From contig JBAROK010000002.1 of the NCBI GenBank assembly GCA_049642065.1, positions 5,892-69,891 of the forward strand: a stretch of DNA of 64,000 bases. Direction: 5' to 3'. Under the pieces are notes generated by a model. It was not told the DNA's origin and did no database searches. It saw only the letters and a program-made list of their open reading frames with translations. The position numbers were made by a program, and so were the translations under genes. Positions within the stretch are counted from its first letter, which is position 1. Every line of letters starts with the position of its first letter. Source of the stretch: Candidatus Omnitrophota bacterium. GTDB taxonomy: Bacteria; Omnitrophota; Gorgyraeia; Tantalellales; Tantalellaceae. Shown here in pieces: positions 10,128 to 18,381 of this stretch.

Positions 10128-10204
10128 GGTGGGCGTAGCTCAGTTGGTAGAGCGCCTGACTGTGGCTCAGGCTGTCGTGGGTTCAAATCCCATCGCTCAC
10201 CCCA
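10128..10204 (+). tRNA. tRNA-His (anticodon GTG) with encoded G-1
   Basis: G-1 plus GTGGGCG acceptor, anticodon loop CTGTGGC, TTCAAAT T-loop, discriminator C, CCA. Confidence 0.85.
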
Positions 10205-10216
10205 GTTATATAAAAA

Positions 10217-10242
10217 AGCCGGTCAAAAGACCGGCTTTTTTG
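10217..10242 (+). terminator. rho-independent terminator after tRNA-His
   Basis: gccggtc-aaaa-gaccggc hairpin followed by TTTTTTG. Confidence 0.6.
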
Positions 10243-10305
10243 TTGGCACTCTTAAATCTCCCTTATTTCTTTACCTCCAGCCCTGCACTACGGTATAATA
10301 CCCGC

Positions 10306-11715
10306 ATGACGATTTTAAATAATATTAATTTTATTAGGCAAGTTGAAGATTATCTGTCAGAACACCTGCCCATAAGATTAGGGGTTAATAAAAAGAACGA
10401 ACTAGTGCGTCTGGTTTATGAGCTGTGCCGGGCAAACGATATGTCACTTCAGGAAGTGACGCGCCAGGCAGGTATAGCCTATCTTGCAGAAGAGGGGAAA
10501 AGCGAACTTTTCCACAAGGTTAAGAGCAGACTTCTCGAGTTAAGATATCCTTCCAAAAAAGAGGATGACGATCCGCATATAATGCCTTTCACGGCGCTTG
10601 AGTCTATCGGTGAAAGTATGCCATGGGACTTTGATATAAAACCCAAAAGAGCATTTATAGAACAAGATGTTCAGGATCTTGAATGGACAAGCTCTTTTAT
10701 GGCTAATTTCCCGGATGCCGAGGTAACCTTAGTGGATGATGCTAAAGGTCCTTTAAGATCTCTTTCGTCCAATCCGCTGGTTACTCAATATAACTCAAGG
10801 TGCGAGAACGTATTTGTTGTGAAGAATAAAGCAGCTTTTGTGAAAATATGTCCTTGTACGAAAAAAGCTCTAAGGTGCGGGTACACTATACTTAATTTAG
10901 GGTTTGGTTGCGCGATCGATTGTTCATATTGCTACCTGCAGCTTTACAGCAATTTTCCGGGGCTTATATTTCCCGCTAATATTGAAGATTATTATCCGCA
11001 CATAAAAGATCTTGATAAGAAAGTTTCTTCGAGGACAAGGATAGGAACGGGAGAGTTCACTGATTCCTTGTTTCTGGACAAGTATACCGGGTATTCTACG
11101 CATCTCGTGCCGTTCTTTAAGGGTATGAAGAACCTGGTTCTTGAACTAAAGACCAAAGCAGGGGATATAGACAACGTTCTTAAACAGGATGCGCATGATA
11201 ATGTAGTGGTATCTTGGTCGATGAATGCCCGCGAGATGGCGGAAAAATATGAAAAAGGAGCGATAACAATAGACGAAAGGATAGATGCTGTCCGGCAGGT
11301 GGTGAAGAAAGGTTTTAAGACGGGTTTTCATTTTGATCCCATCATCTTTTATGAAGGCTGGGAAGATGAGTACAAGGCCGTTGTTGAAGAGATATTTTCT
11401 GATAGGGATATTGCTCGGAACACTGCGTGGGTAAGCTTTGGAACGCTTCGTTACACGCCGGGACTTAAGCAGGTGGCGGAACAAAGGTTCACGGATAACG
11501 GGTTGTATTACACGGGAGAGTTTTTTGCTGACGTGGACGGAAAACTCAGGTATCCTAGAGAGCTAAGGATAGAGATGTACAACAAGATGATAGAGTGGAT
11601 AAGGTCCTACGATACTTCCGCATGGATATATCTTTGTATGGAACCGGAAGATCTCTGGGAAAAGACGATATTGACAAAGGAAGATTATTCTTACAACTGT
11701 AAGAGAAGGGGGTAA
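10306..11715 (+). CDS. radical SAM protein, spore-photoproduct-lyase (SplB/COG1533)-like, with ~190-aa N-terminal extension
   Basis: CxxxCxxC cluster motif GCAIDCSYCYLQ at nt ~10907-10940. The downstream region resembles the SplB/DNA photolyase-like radical SAM family. A TATAAT box at 10293-10298 sits 7 nt upstream of the ATG. The six-frame ORF start at 10126 is an artefact running through tRNA-His. Confidence 0.55.
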   Translation: MTILNNINFIRQVEDYLSEHLPIRLGVNKKNELVRLVYELCRANDMSLQEVTRQAGIAYLAEEGKSELFHKVKSRLLELRYPSKKEDDDPHIMPFTALESIGESMPWDFDIKPKRAFIEQDVQDLEWTSSFMANFPDAEVTLVDDAKGPLRSLSSNPLVTQYNSRCENVFVVKNKAAFVKICPCTKKALRCGYTILNLGFGCAIDCSYCYLQLYSNFPGLIFPANIEDYYPHIKDLDKKVSSRTRIGTGEFTDSLFLDKYTGYSTHLVPFFKGMKNLVLELKTKAGDIDNVLKQDAHDNVVVSWSMNAREMAEKYEKGAITIDERIDAVRQVVKKGFKTGFHFDPIIFYEGWEDEYKAVVEEIFSDRDIARNTAWVSFGTLRYTPGLKQVAEQRFTDNGLYYTGEFFADVDGKLRYPRELRIEMYNKMIEWIRSYDTSAWIYLCMEPEDLWEKTILTKEDYSYNCKRRG

Positions 11716-11718
11716 CAT

Positions 11719-12417
11719 ATGCGGGGTATAAGGGTTTTATTAACGGTTCTTTTAATCTTAGGCGTTTGTGGGGAGGTTATATCTCAGCCGGCCAGCCCGG
11801 AACCGGGCGAGACAATAGAGCTGCCTGATCCCAAGCATGAAGGGAGCATGTCAGTCGAAGAAGCTATATACAAACGCAGATCCATCCGGAATTTTAGTGA
11901 TGAAGCTCTTACTCTGCAGGAAGTGTCACAGCTTCTCTGGGCGGCCGGCGGACGGACGGTAGACGGGATGACGGGACCCACGCGTGCGTATCCTTCTGCC
12001 GGAGCTATTTATCCTCTTGAAGTGTATCTTGTCGCAGGTAACGTCGTGGGTTTGAACGACGGGGTTTATCGTTACGAGTGGCGGAAACATCAGCTTAAGC
12101 TGATAAAAAAAGGTGATCTCCGTGAACAGCTTTATAAAGCGGCGTTATCACAGAGGATGGTAGAAGTAGCACCGGCAACGATCGTTATTACGGCACAACA
12201 TGCGAAAACAGCCCGCAGGTACGGGCAGCGAGGGGTTACGCGTTATGTGAGTATGGATACGGGACACTTAGGCCAGAACATACATCTTCAGGCAGAGAGT
12301 ATGGGGCTAGGTACGGTTATGATAGGAGCTTTTATAGATAAGGATGTCGCAAAGGTGCTGGGTACTGAAGAGGAGATGCCGGTGTATATGATGCCGGTAG
12401 GGTATCCCAAAAAATAA
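11719..12417 (+). CDS. nitroreductase-family / SagB-type dehydrogenase-like flavoprotein with N-terminal signal peptide
   Basis: RRSIRNF motif and overall nitroreductase fold signatures. Hydrophobic N-terminus MRGIRVLLTVLLILGVCG. Confidence 0.6.
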   Translation: MRGIRVLLTVLLILGVCGEVISQPASPEPGETIELPDPKHEGSMSVEEAIYKRRSIRNFSDEALTLQEVSQLLWAAGGRTVDGMTGPTRAYPSAGAIYPLEVYLVAGNVVGLNDGVYRYEWRKHQLKLIKKGDLREQLYKAALSQRMVEVAPATIVITAQHAKTARRYGQRGVTRYVSMDTGHLGQNIHLQAESMGLGTVMIGAFIDKDVAKVLGTEEEMPVYMMPVGYPKK

Positions 12418-12429
12418 AGTTTTAAAAAC

Positions 12430-13527
12430 ATGGATCTATGTGAAATTGACAGAAAGCTAAGCGAGATGGCAGTAGGCGTTGATTTTTATCCTCACCTTAC
12501 GCCGGTCAACCGGGGCGTAGAGAAGGAGAAGTTCTTTGCTGCTCTTCGGGAAGGCGGTTGTTATAACCCGCAGTTCGTTTACGGAGAAAGGAATTTTGAA
12601 AACGAAAAGAAAACTCTTTTAGAGCTGCGGGATGCCCTCGATGAAACTGATATCTTGCAAAGGATTTTCGCGGAAAAGATAGAGTTCATGCTTACCGAAC
12701 TTGAGCTTTTGGAGTCTGGGGATGGTGATTTTGCGGATATTGCCCGGCGTTTGCACGGTGAGCCTACTGCCGAATGTACGGAAAATGCGGTAAGCATCTT
12801 GGCGGAGATAAAGAGCCGTGATTACGTATTCCCGGATGAGTCTATTGCACCGGAAGAGATGGCATCTATATTACGTGCAACGATAGATGAAAAAGGGCTC
12901 GACTGGACAGTGAAAGTAACTGATAAGATCATACCCAAGATGACGGTATCCGGTAAGGATAAGACGTTATACGTGAATTCGGGCATCAAGTATACCGAGG
13001 CGGAGGTCCAGAGGTTAAAGGTACATGAAGTTAAGGTGCATATTTTCAGGGGAGCTAACGGTGCCGCGCAGCCTTACAAGATATTTACCGAAGGTCTTGC
13101 CGGATATAACGAGACCGAGGAGGGGCTGGCTATCTTGCTGGAAGAGATGTCTGGATGCCTGGATGTCGATACCCGTCAGATGAAACTCTATGCGGGCAGG
13201 GCTTTGAGCGTTGATCTTTGTTTAAAAGGGTCGTTCTATGACGCTTATCTTGGATTAAGTGAATTTTTCCCGGATTACATGGCATACCGGCTGGTTGAAA
13301 GAGCTAAAAGAGGATTAAAGGATACTTCCCGGAAAGGATGCCTTACAAAAGGGTACCATTATATAAGCGGATGGAGAAAACTGCGTAAGTATATTGAAGA
13401 AGGCGGAGATTTGAGTATAATCTATTTGGGTAAGGTCAAGCTGGAGGATGCCAATATCGTAAAGGTTCTTGTGGATAAAGGTGTGCTCAAGCCGGCAAAG
13501 TATTTACCGGATTTAATAAACAAGTAA
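12430..13527 (+). CDS. QEGLA-motif protein (DUF1704; flavohemoglobin expression-modulating / putative Tyr-Phe carboxypeptidase-like family)
   Basis: Diagnostic motif GYNETEEGLAILLEE (QEGLA variant) at nt ~13111-13150. Length 365 aa is typical for the family. Confidence 0.6.
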   Translation: MDLCEIDRKLSEMAVGVDFYPHLTPVNRGVEKEKFFAALREGGCYNPQFVYGERNFENEKKTLLELRDALDETDILQRIFAEKIEFMLTELELLESGDGDFADIARRLHGEPTAECTENAVSILAEIKSRDYVFPDESIAPEEMASILRATIDEKGLDWTVKVTDKIIPKMTVSGKDKTLYVNSGIKYTEAEVQRLKVHEVKVHIFRGANGAAQPYKIFTEGLAGYNETEEGLAILLEEMSGCLDVDTRQMKLYAGRALSVDLCLKGSFYDAYLGLSEFFPDYMAYRLVERAKRGLKDTSRKGCLTKGYHYISGWRKLRKYIEEGGDLSIIYLGKVKLEDANIVKVLVDKGVLKPAKYLPDLINK

Positions 13528-13533
13528 ATATCT

Positions 13534-14982
13534 ATGAACAAGATCAGTGAATATTTACGTGATAAATACGGGCCTTGGGGATGGCTGGGGCAACGTGCGC
13601 ATGATGCTTGCGGGATAAACCAGGTTCTTCCGCTTGATTTCATTATAAGCTGCGATTACGGGACGGAGATCCCGTATTATTTCAGGCAAGAGGACGTTTA
13701 TTCCATTGAAAAAAAGAACGGTTTGCGTAAAGACTGGTCTAACGAAGACCTGAACACGAGCCTGAAAGGTAACCTGGGCCGGGAGATATCCGAAAGATGG
13801 AATAGTTATAACAGCAAGGTGAACCTGCTTTGTTACCGTTCGGTGAGGCGCCTTGAGAACGGTAAGGGCCGGTACCAGAAGAGGCCCAGGCTATTTGCTG
13901 TTCCACAGAGCCTGAAAAAACGTTTTGATAATAAAGCGCTTCTTCATAAGAATTTGACCAAGCTTTCCATGCCATGTATACCCGGTATGGTCGATAGGAT
14001 CGCAAAGGCTGATTTTAACGACTTACGCAAAATCCTGTCGCTTCCCTTTGTGGTACAGTTCCCTTACGGCTCAAGCGGCCATTATACTTTCGGTCTACGG
14101 GAAGAGAAAGATTATGACGAGCTGAGGAACGCTCATCCTGATGCTACCGCACTTATCAGAAGATATATAGACGGGTTTTCGCTGAACGTGAACGCCGTAA
14201 TAGTCTCTTCCGAGGAAGGCCCGCGTGTTATGTGTTCGTCCCCGTCGGTACAGATAACAGGCATTCCCGAATGCAGTAATTCACCGGCTTCCTTTTGCGG
14301 TAACGATTACGCGGCGGCCAAGGATCTTGACCGTTCTATCGTCAGGCAGGTTGAAACTCATATGCAAACCGTTGGCAAATGGATGGCCGCTTCGGGATTC
14401 AGGGGCATTTTCGGTATGGATTTTGTCCTAAAGGACGGCACTATTTATCCGGTAGAAATAAACCCGAGGTTTCAGAACTCGACTTCGCTTTACACGGTAC
14501 TAAGCTCGATGTCACGGTCCCGTAAAGGAACACTTTTCTTGCTTCATATAGCGGAATTCCTGCAAAAAGAAGACAAGTTTCTGCGTGAATATTTAAAAGA
14601 GTTCCCGGAACGTGAGCTCATGCGGCCTTTGAACGGTAGCCAGCTGATATTACATAACCGTATGCGGAAGAATATAATAACAGGGGAACTGGCTCCGGGA
14701 GTGTATAAGAGGGACGGCCGTGAACTTAAACTCGTTAGACAAGGTGCTTCGCTTAATGATTGTCGTAACGGCGGGGAACTATTGATCACCTGTGGTGTCC
14801 CCAGACCCTATCTTACGATTGAACCTAACGCGGCGCTTTTAAAAATCCAGATGCGCGATAATATACTGGACGTTTCTAATAAAAGGCGGCTTACGCCTGA
14901 GGCGAAGAAAGTGGTATCTTTAGTGTACGAAAAAATAGGGTTAAAAAGCGCGAATAAAATAGAAGTAGCCAGATCTGTTTGA
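13534..14982 (+). CDS. ATP-grasp family ligase (RimK/alpha-L-glutamate-ligase-like), 482 aa
   Basis: C-terminal ATP-grasp signature GIFGMDFVLKDGTIYPVEINPRF. 6-nt gap to the upstream gene. Confidence 0.5.
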   Translation: MNKISEYLRDKYGPWGWLGQRAHDACGINQVLPLDFIISCDYGTEIPYYFRQEDVYSIEKKNGLRKDWSNEDLNTSLKGNLGREISERWNSYNSKVNLLCYRSVRRLENGKGRYQKRPRLFAVPQSLKKRFDNKALLHKNLTKLSMPCIPGMVDRIAKADFNDLRKILSLPFVVQFPYGSSGHYTFGLREEKDYDELRNAHPDATALIRRYIDGFSLNVNAVIVSSEEGPRVMCSSPSVQITGIPECSNSPASFCGNDYAAAKDLDRSIVRQVETHMQTVGKWMAASGFRGIFGMDFVLKDGTIYPVEINPRFQNSTSLYTVLSSMSRSRKGTLFLLHIAEFLQKEDKFLREYLKEFPERELMRPLNGSQLILHNRMRKNIITGELAPGVYKRDGRELKLVRQGASLNDCRNGGELLITCGVPRPYLTIEPNAALLKIQMRDNILDVSNKRRLTPEAKKVVSLVYEKIGLKSANKIEVARSV

Positions 14983-16577
14983 TTTTTAAGAAAGGTAAGA
15001 ATATGATAGAACGTGATCCAAAATATTATGTTACTGGATATGACGGGTCTGACCCGCGCCAGGCACCGTTCTATCTCAATGTGAATGAATTTGACGGTAC
15101 GCGAGGGGATTTCAATACCGGTCTTATTAATAAATTCAATGATTTTCTTAAAAGTCATGATATTACGAAGTCTTATAAGCTTAAGAGCACTTCTGCAAAA
15201 GACGGGAAAGTGCCCTCAAAGATAGTTGTAGTGAATGCATCACATGATGACCTGCCCACATCATACGAAACGGCAAGGGTGTTTGATAACCTTTGCGGCA
15301 GGAAAGGATACAAAACCCAAGCGGTGGTCGTTAACAGCCGTGAGGAACTGTTAAAAGAAGTTAACGCCGACCCTGAAGGCACTTTGCTTATGAGCCAGTG
15401 TGTTGATAAGAACGTTTATAACGTTGCTTTGGCTGAGGAACTTGGGCAAAGAGGTACAGTTACTGTGCCGGGCATTGTCACCGCGCCCGGGAGCATTTTT
15501 TCTGATAAGGATTCTACATACAGGCTTCTTTCGGAAGAAGGTAAGGATTGGAATAAAGTTGCTAGGTACAAAAAGATCCCGGTGGATGATAAGACGGTCG
15601 AAGAAGTAGTAGAAGGTATCTTTAGCGCCATAGATGAACTCGAACACTTAACGGGTGATATAACTTTTTTTGTCAAACCTCATGAAGGGGGAGGCGGGCT
15701 CGGAGGATTCCGTATAACCAAGGTCAAGGAAGGGTATATCATACCGGATCTTTCTAAAGTATCCGGGGACCTTTCAGAGATACATCCCACGTTTATAGAT
15801 TTTGATATATCGAACGATGCTAAATTGCGGGAATTGTTATGGATATACCGCCTTTTTGCCGGGGATGAGAAGATGGCAAAGAACTATTTGCAGACGAAAT
15901 TACCGCTTCTCGAAAAGGATGAAAAAGAGGCGATCGGTATACTTAAAGAATATCTGGTGGGAAGCGAGCTTAAACGCCATCAAAAGCTTGCCGGTATGAT
16001 GCTTAAACCTGAAGAAGCCTGCCGGAAACTGGTCGAAGCGATAAAGATATTTGAAGAAAAGTTTTACAGGAGATATGTGCCTCTGGTGAACGAACATATA
16101 GATTTCGGGCTTTGGGGACTCAGGGCGCATTACCGGCTTTCTAAAGACGGACCGGTGCTGGAGACAATGTATCACCGCGTGTTTCAGCTAGGGTTCACCG
16201 AAGAAGGGCTGGGATACGTTGGATCCGACAATATTTCCAACAAGCAGACCGGTGATCTTGAGATAACCAGGCTGGGGCCCGTGAACGAAATAATGCTGGA
16301 AGCTATCGGGGGGGAAGATGCGCTTTTTGATACGCTTTTCAAGGGTGCCGAAGCGTTAGCGGAACTTACAAGACTTGTTCCGGAGAAAGACAGGGGATAT
16401 GTCCCGCTTCGCCTGCAGCTTGACCTGGCTACAATATCGCGTCGTATCGGGGAAGGTAATGCCGATACTGCGCGTGGTCTTTGTCTTGCGTCACGCTGGA
16501 CGGAATTCGTCCGTAATGCCGAAGAATGGCTTGAAGACAGTCTGGCGTATTACGCGTGGAAGAAGGAGCTGAATTGA
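14979..16577 (+). CDS. second ATP-grasp-like ligase (GshB/RimK-like glycine-rich loop), 532 aa
   Basis: FFVKPHEGGGGLGGFRI resembles the GshB/RimK flexible loop (VLKPLDGMGGASIFRV). ATGA overlap with the upstream gene. Confidence 0.45.
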   Translation: MIFKKGKNMIERDPKYYVTGYDGSDPRQAPFYLNVNEFDGTRGDFNTGLINKFNDFLKSHDITKSYKLKSTSAKDGKVPSKIVVVNASHDDLPTSYETARVFDNLCGRKGYKTQAVVVNSREELLKEVNADPEGTLLMSQCVDKNVYNVALAEELGQRGTVTVPGIVTAPGSIFSDKDSTYRLLSEEGKDWNKVARYKKIPVDDKTVEEVVEGIFSAIDELEHLTGDITFFVKPHEGGGGLGGFRITKVKEGYIIPDLSKVSGDLSEIHPTFIDFDISNDAKLRELLWIYRLFAGDEKMAKNYLQTKLPLLEKDEKEAIGILKEYLVGSELKRHQKLAGMMLKPEEACRKLVEAIKIFEEKFYRRYVPLVNEHIDFGLWGLRAHYRLSKDGPVLETMYHRVFQLGFTEEGLGYVGSDNISNKQTGDLEITRLGPVNEIMLEAIGGEDALFDTLFKGAEALAELTRLVPEKDRGYVPLRLQLDLATISRRIGEGNADTARGLCLASRWTEFVRNAEEWLEDSLAYYAWKKELN

Positions 16578-18280
16578 ATTCTATCTGGATAGTACTCATC
16601 TCGATCGCAGCGTTCTGGGCGGCCTATAATTTCTACGGCAATTTCATTGCCAGGAAGATCTTCCATTCTAGAAAAGAGAATCCGGTGCCCAGCGAAGAGC
16701 TCAGGGATGATATAGATTACGTGCCAACGAACAAGGAAGTTCTTTTTGGCCATCATTTTGCTTCGATAGCAGGTACCGGGCCTATAGTAGGTCCGGCGAT
16801 CGCTATTATATGGGGCTGGGTCCCGGCACTTGTCTGGATAATATTCGGTTCTATCTTCGCGGGAGCTGTCCATGACTACGCTGCGCTTATGATGTCTACC
16901 AGGAAGAAAGGTGTATCTATCGGTGAACTTTCCAAAGATGTTATCAACCCGAGGGTCAGGACACTTTTTCTTTTTGTGATACTTTTCGCTTTATGGATAG
17001 TAGTGGCGATATTCGGGATGGTCATTGCCGTTATTTTTAAGATGTATCCCCAGGCCGTTTTTCCCGTATGGATACAGATACCGATCGCCGTTAGTGTGGG
17101 ATGGCTAGCCTACAGAAAAGGGTGGAACATTACGGCCATGTCGATAATAGCGGTGCTTCTTATGTACGCCTCGATCTTTGTCGGTGTTAATATGCCGCTT
17201 AGTATGCCCGGGTTGTGGATACTTACACCGATGGCCGTATGGATAATCATACTTTTTATCTACGCCTATATAGCTTCAGTCCTTCCGGTGTGGACGCTTC
17301 TTCAGCCGCGTGATTACGTCAATTCTCATCAGTTGATCGTTGGTATTGTACTTATAGTGCTGGGTGTTCTGGTTGCGAATCCCCCTATGGTGGCGCCGGC
17401 CGTACAGCTCGCGCCTAAAGGTGCGCCTCCGATAATGCCGTTTCTTTTTATTACGATCGCTTGCGGGGCTATCTCCGGGTTCCATTCGCTTGTAAGTTCG
17501 GGTACCAGCTCAAAACAGCTTAAGAACGAAGAAGATATACATTTCGTGGCGTATGGCGGTATGCTTACAGAAGGGCTTGTTGGAGTGCTTGTTATAATCG
17601 CGGTAGGGGCAGGTATCGGCATGTTCGTGAAGACCGATAGCGGTGAAGTCTTGCGAGGTGTTGCCGCGTGGCAGCATCATTATTCCAGCTGGGAATCAGC
17701 TCAGGGTCTTACCGCGAAAGTAGCGGCGTTCGTTAACGGGTCGGCGAATATGCTGACGGCACTTAAGATACCGCTTAAATACGGTCAGGCTATTATAGGC
17801 GTTTTGATAGCGTCTTTTGCCGGCACCACACTTGATACCGCGACGCGTATACAGCGTTATGTGGTCACGGAACTGGCGACAGATTATCGCATTAAACCTC
17901 TTCAGAAAAGGTATCCAGCGACTGCGCTTGTCGTCCTGGCAGCGGCAGCTCTTGCTTTCAGTGAGGGCAGCGGTATGGGAGCGCTTCTTTTATGGCCGCT
18001 TTTCGGTATCAGTAACCAGCTTCTTGCGGGACTGGTACTTCTTGTGGCTTCTATCTATATCATAAAAGAAGAAAAGACAAGTGCCTGGCCTACTGCGATT
18101 CCGATGATCTTTATGATAATTACCTCAAGCTGGGCGATGGTGGTTGGGCTATTACATTTTTTTCATACTGGGTCGCATCTCCGGCTCGTTATCGGGTCGA
18201 TACTGTTCGTGCTTGAAATATGGATGATAATTGAAGCGGTTCTGTATATGAAGAAATGGAAGATTAATGCGCGCCTGTAG
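16556..18280 (+). CDS. cstA: carbon starvation protein A (CstA-family peptide/pyruvate transporter)
   Basis: FGHHFASIAGTGPIVGPAIAIIWGW and an 18-TM-like profile. GTG at 16556 or, more likely, TTG at 16574 preceded by AAGGAG. The stop codon lies inside tRNA-Arg. Confidence 0.85.
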   Translation: MEEGAELNSIWIVLISIAAFWAAYNFYGNFIARKIFHSRKENPVPSEELRDDIDYVPTNKEVLFGHHFASIAGTGPIVGPAIAIIWGWVPALVWIIFGSIFAGAVHDYAALMMSTRKKGVSIGELSKDVINPRVRTLFLFVILFALWIVVAIFGMVIAVIFKMYPQAVFPVWIQIPIAVSVGWLAYRKGWNITAMSIIAVLLMYASIFVGVNMPLSMPGLWILTPMAVWIIILFIYAYIASVLPVWTLLQPRDYVNSHQLIVGIVLIVLGVLVANPPMVAPAVQLAPKGAPPIMPFLFITIACGAISGFHSLVSSGTSSKQLKNEEDIHFVAYGGMLTEGLVGVLVIIAVGAGIGMFVKTDSGEVLRGVAAWQHHYSSWESAQGLTAKVAAFVNGSANMLTALKIPLKYGQAIIGVLIASFAGTTLDTATRIQRYVVTELATDYRIKPLQKRYPATALVVLAAAALAFSEGSGMGALLLWPLFGISNQLLAGLVLLVASIYIIKEEKTSAWPTAIPMIFMIITSSWAMVVGLLHFFHTGSHLRLVIGSILFVLEIWMIIEAVLYMKKWKINARL

Positions 18281-18347
18281 CTCAGTTGGATAGAGCAACT
18301 GGCTTCGAACCAGTAGGTCGCAGGTTCGAGTCCTGCCGGGCGCGCCA
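18271..18347 (+). tRNA. tRNA-Arg (anticodon TCG)
   Basis: Acceptor GCGCCTG/CGGGCGC, anticodon loop CTTCGAA, TTCGAGT T-loop, CCA. The six-frame ORF 18286.. start is an artefact of this tRNA. Confidence 0.8.
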
Positions 18348-18381
18348 TTTATTTAAAGAATCTTTGAAAAAAAGGAAAAGA

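Noticed and set aside
9755-10186. Six-frame ORFs 9755..9958(+), 9797..10186(-) and the first 180 nt of ORF 10126..11715
   Set aside because: They run through three minus-strand tRNAs and tRNA-His. The sequence folds into canonical cloverleaves and the real CDS starts at ATG 10306.
18286-18381. N-terminal 32 codons of ORF 18286..20016 (MDRATGFEPVGRRFESCRA...)
   Set aside because: It is the translation of tRNA-Arg(TCG). The NadE homology begins at MKITIAQ (18382).
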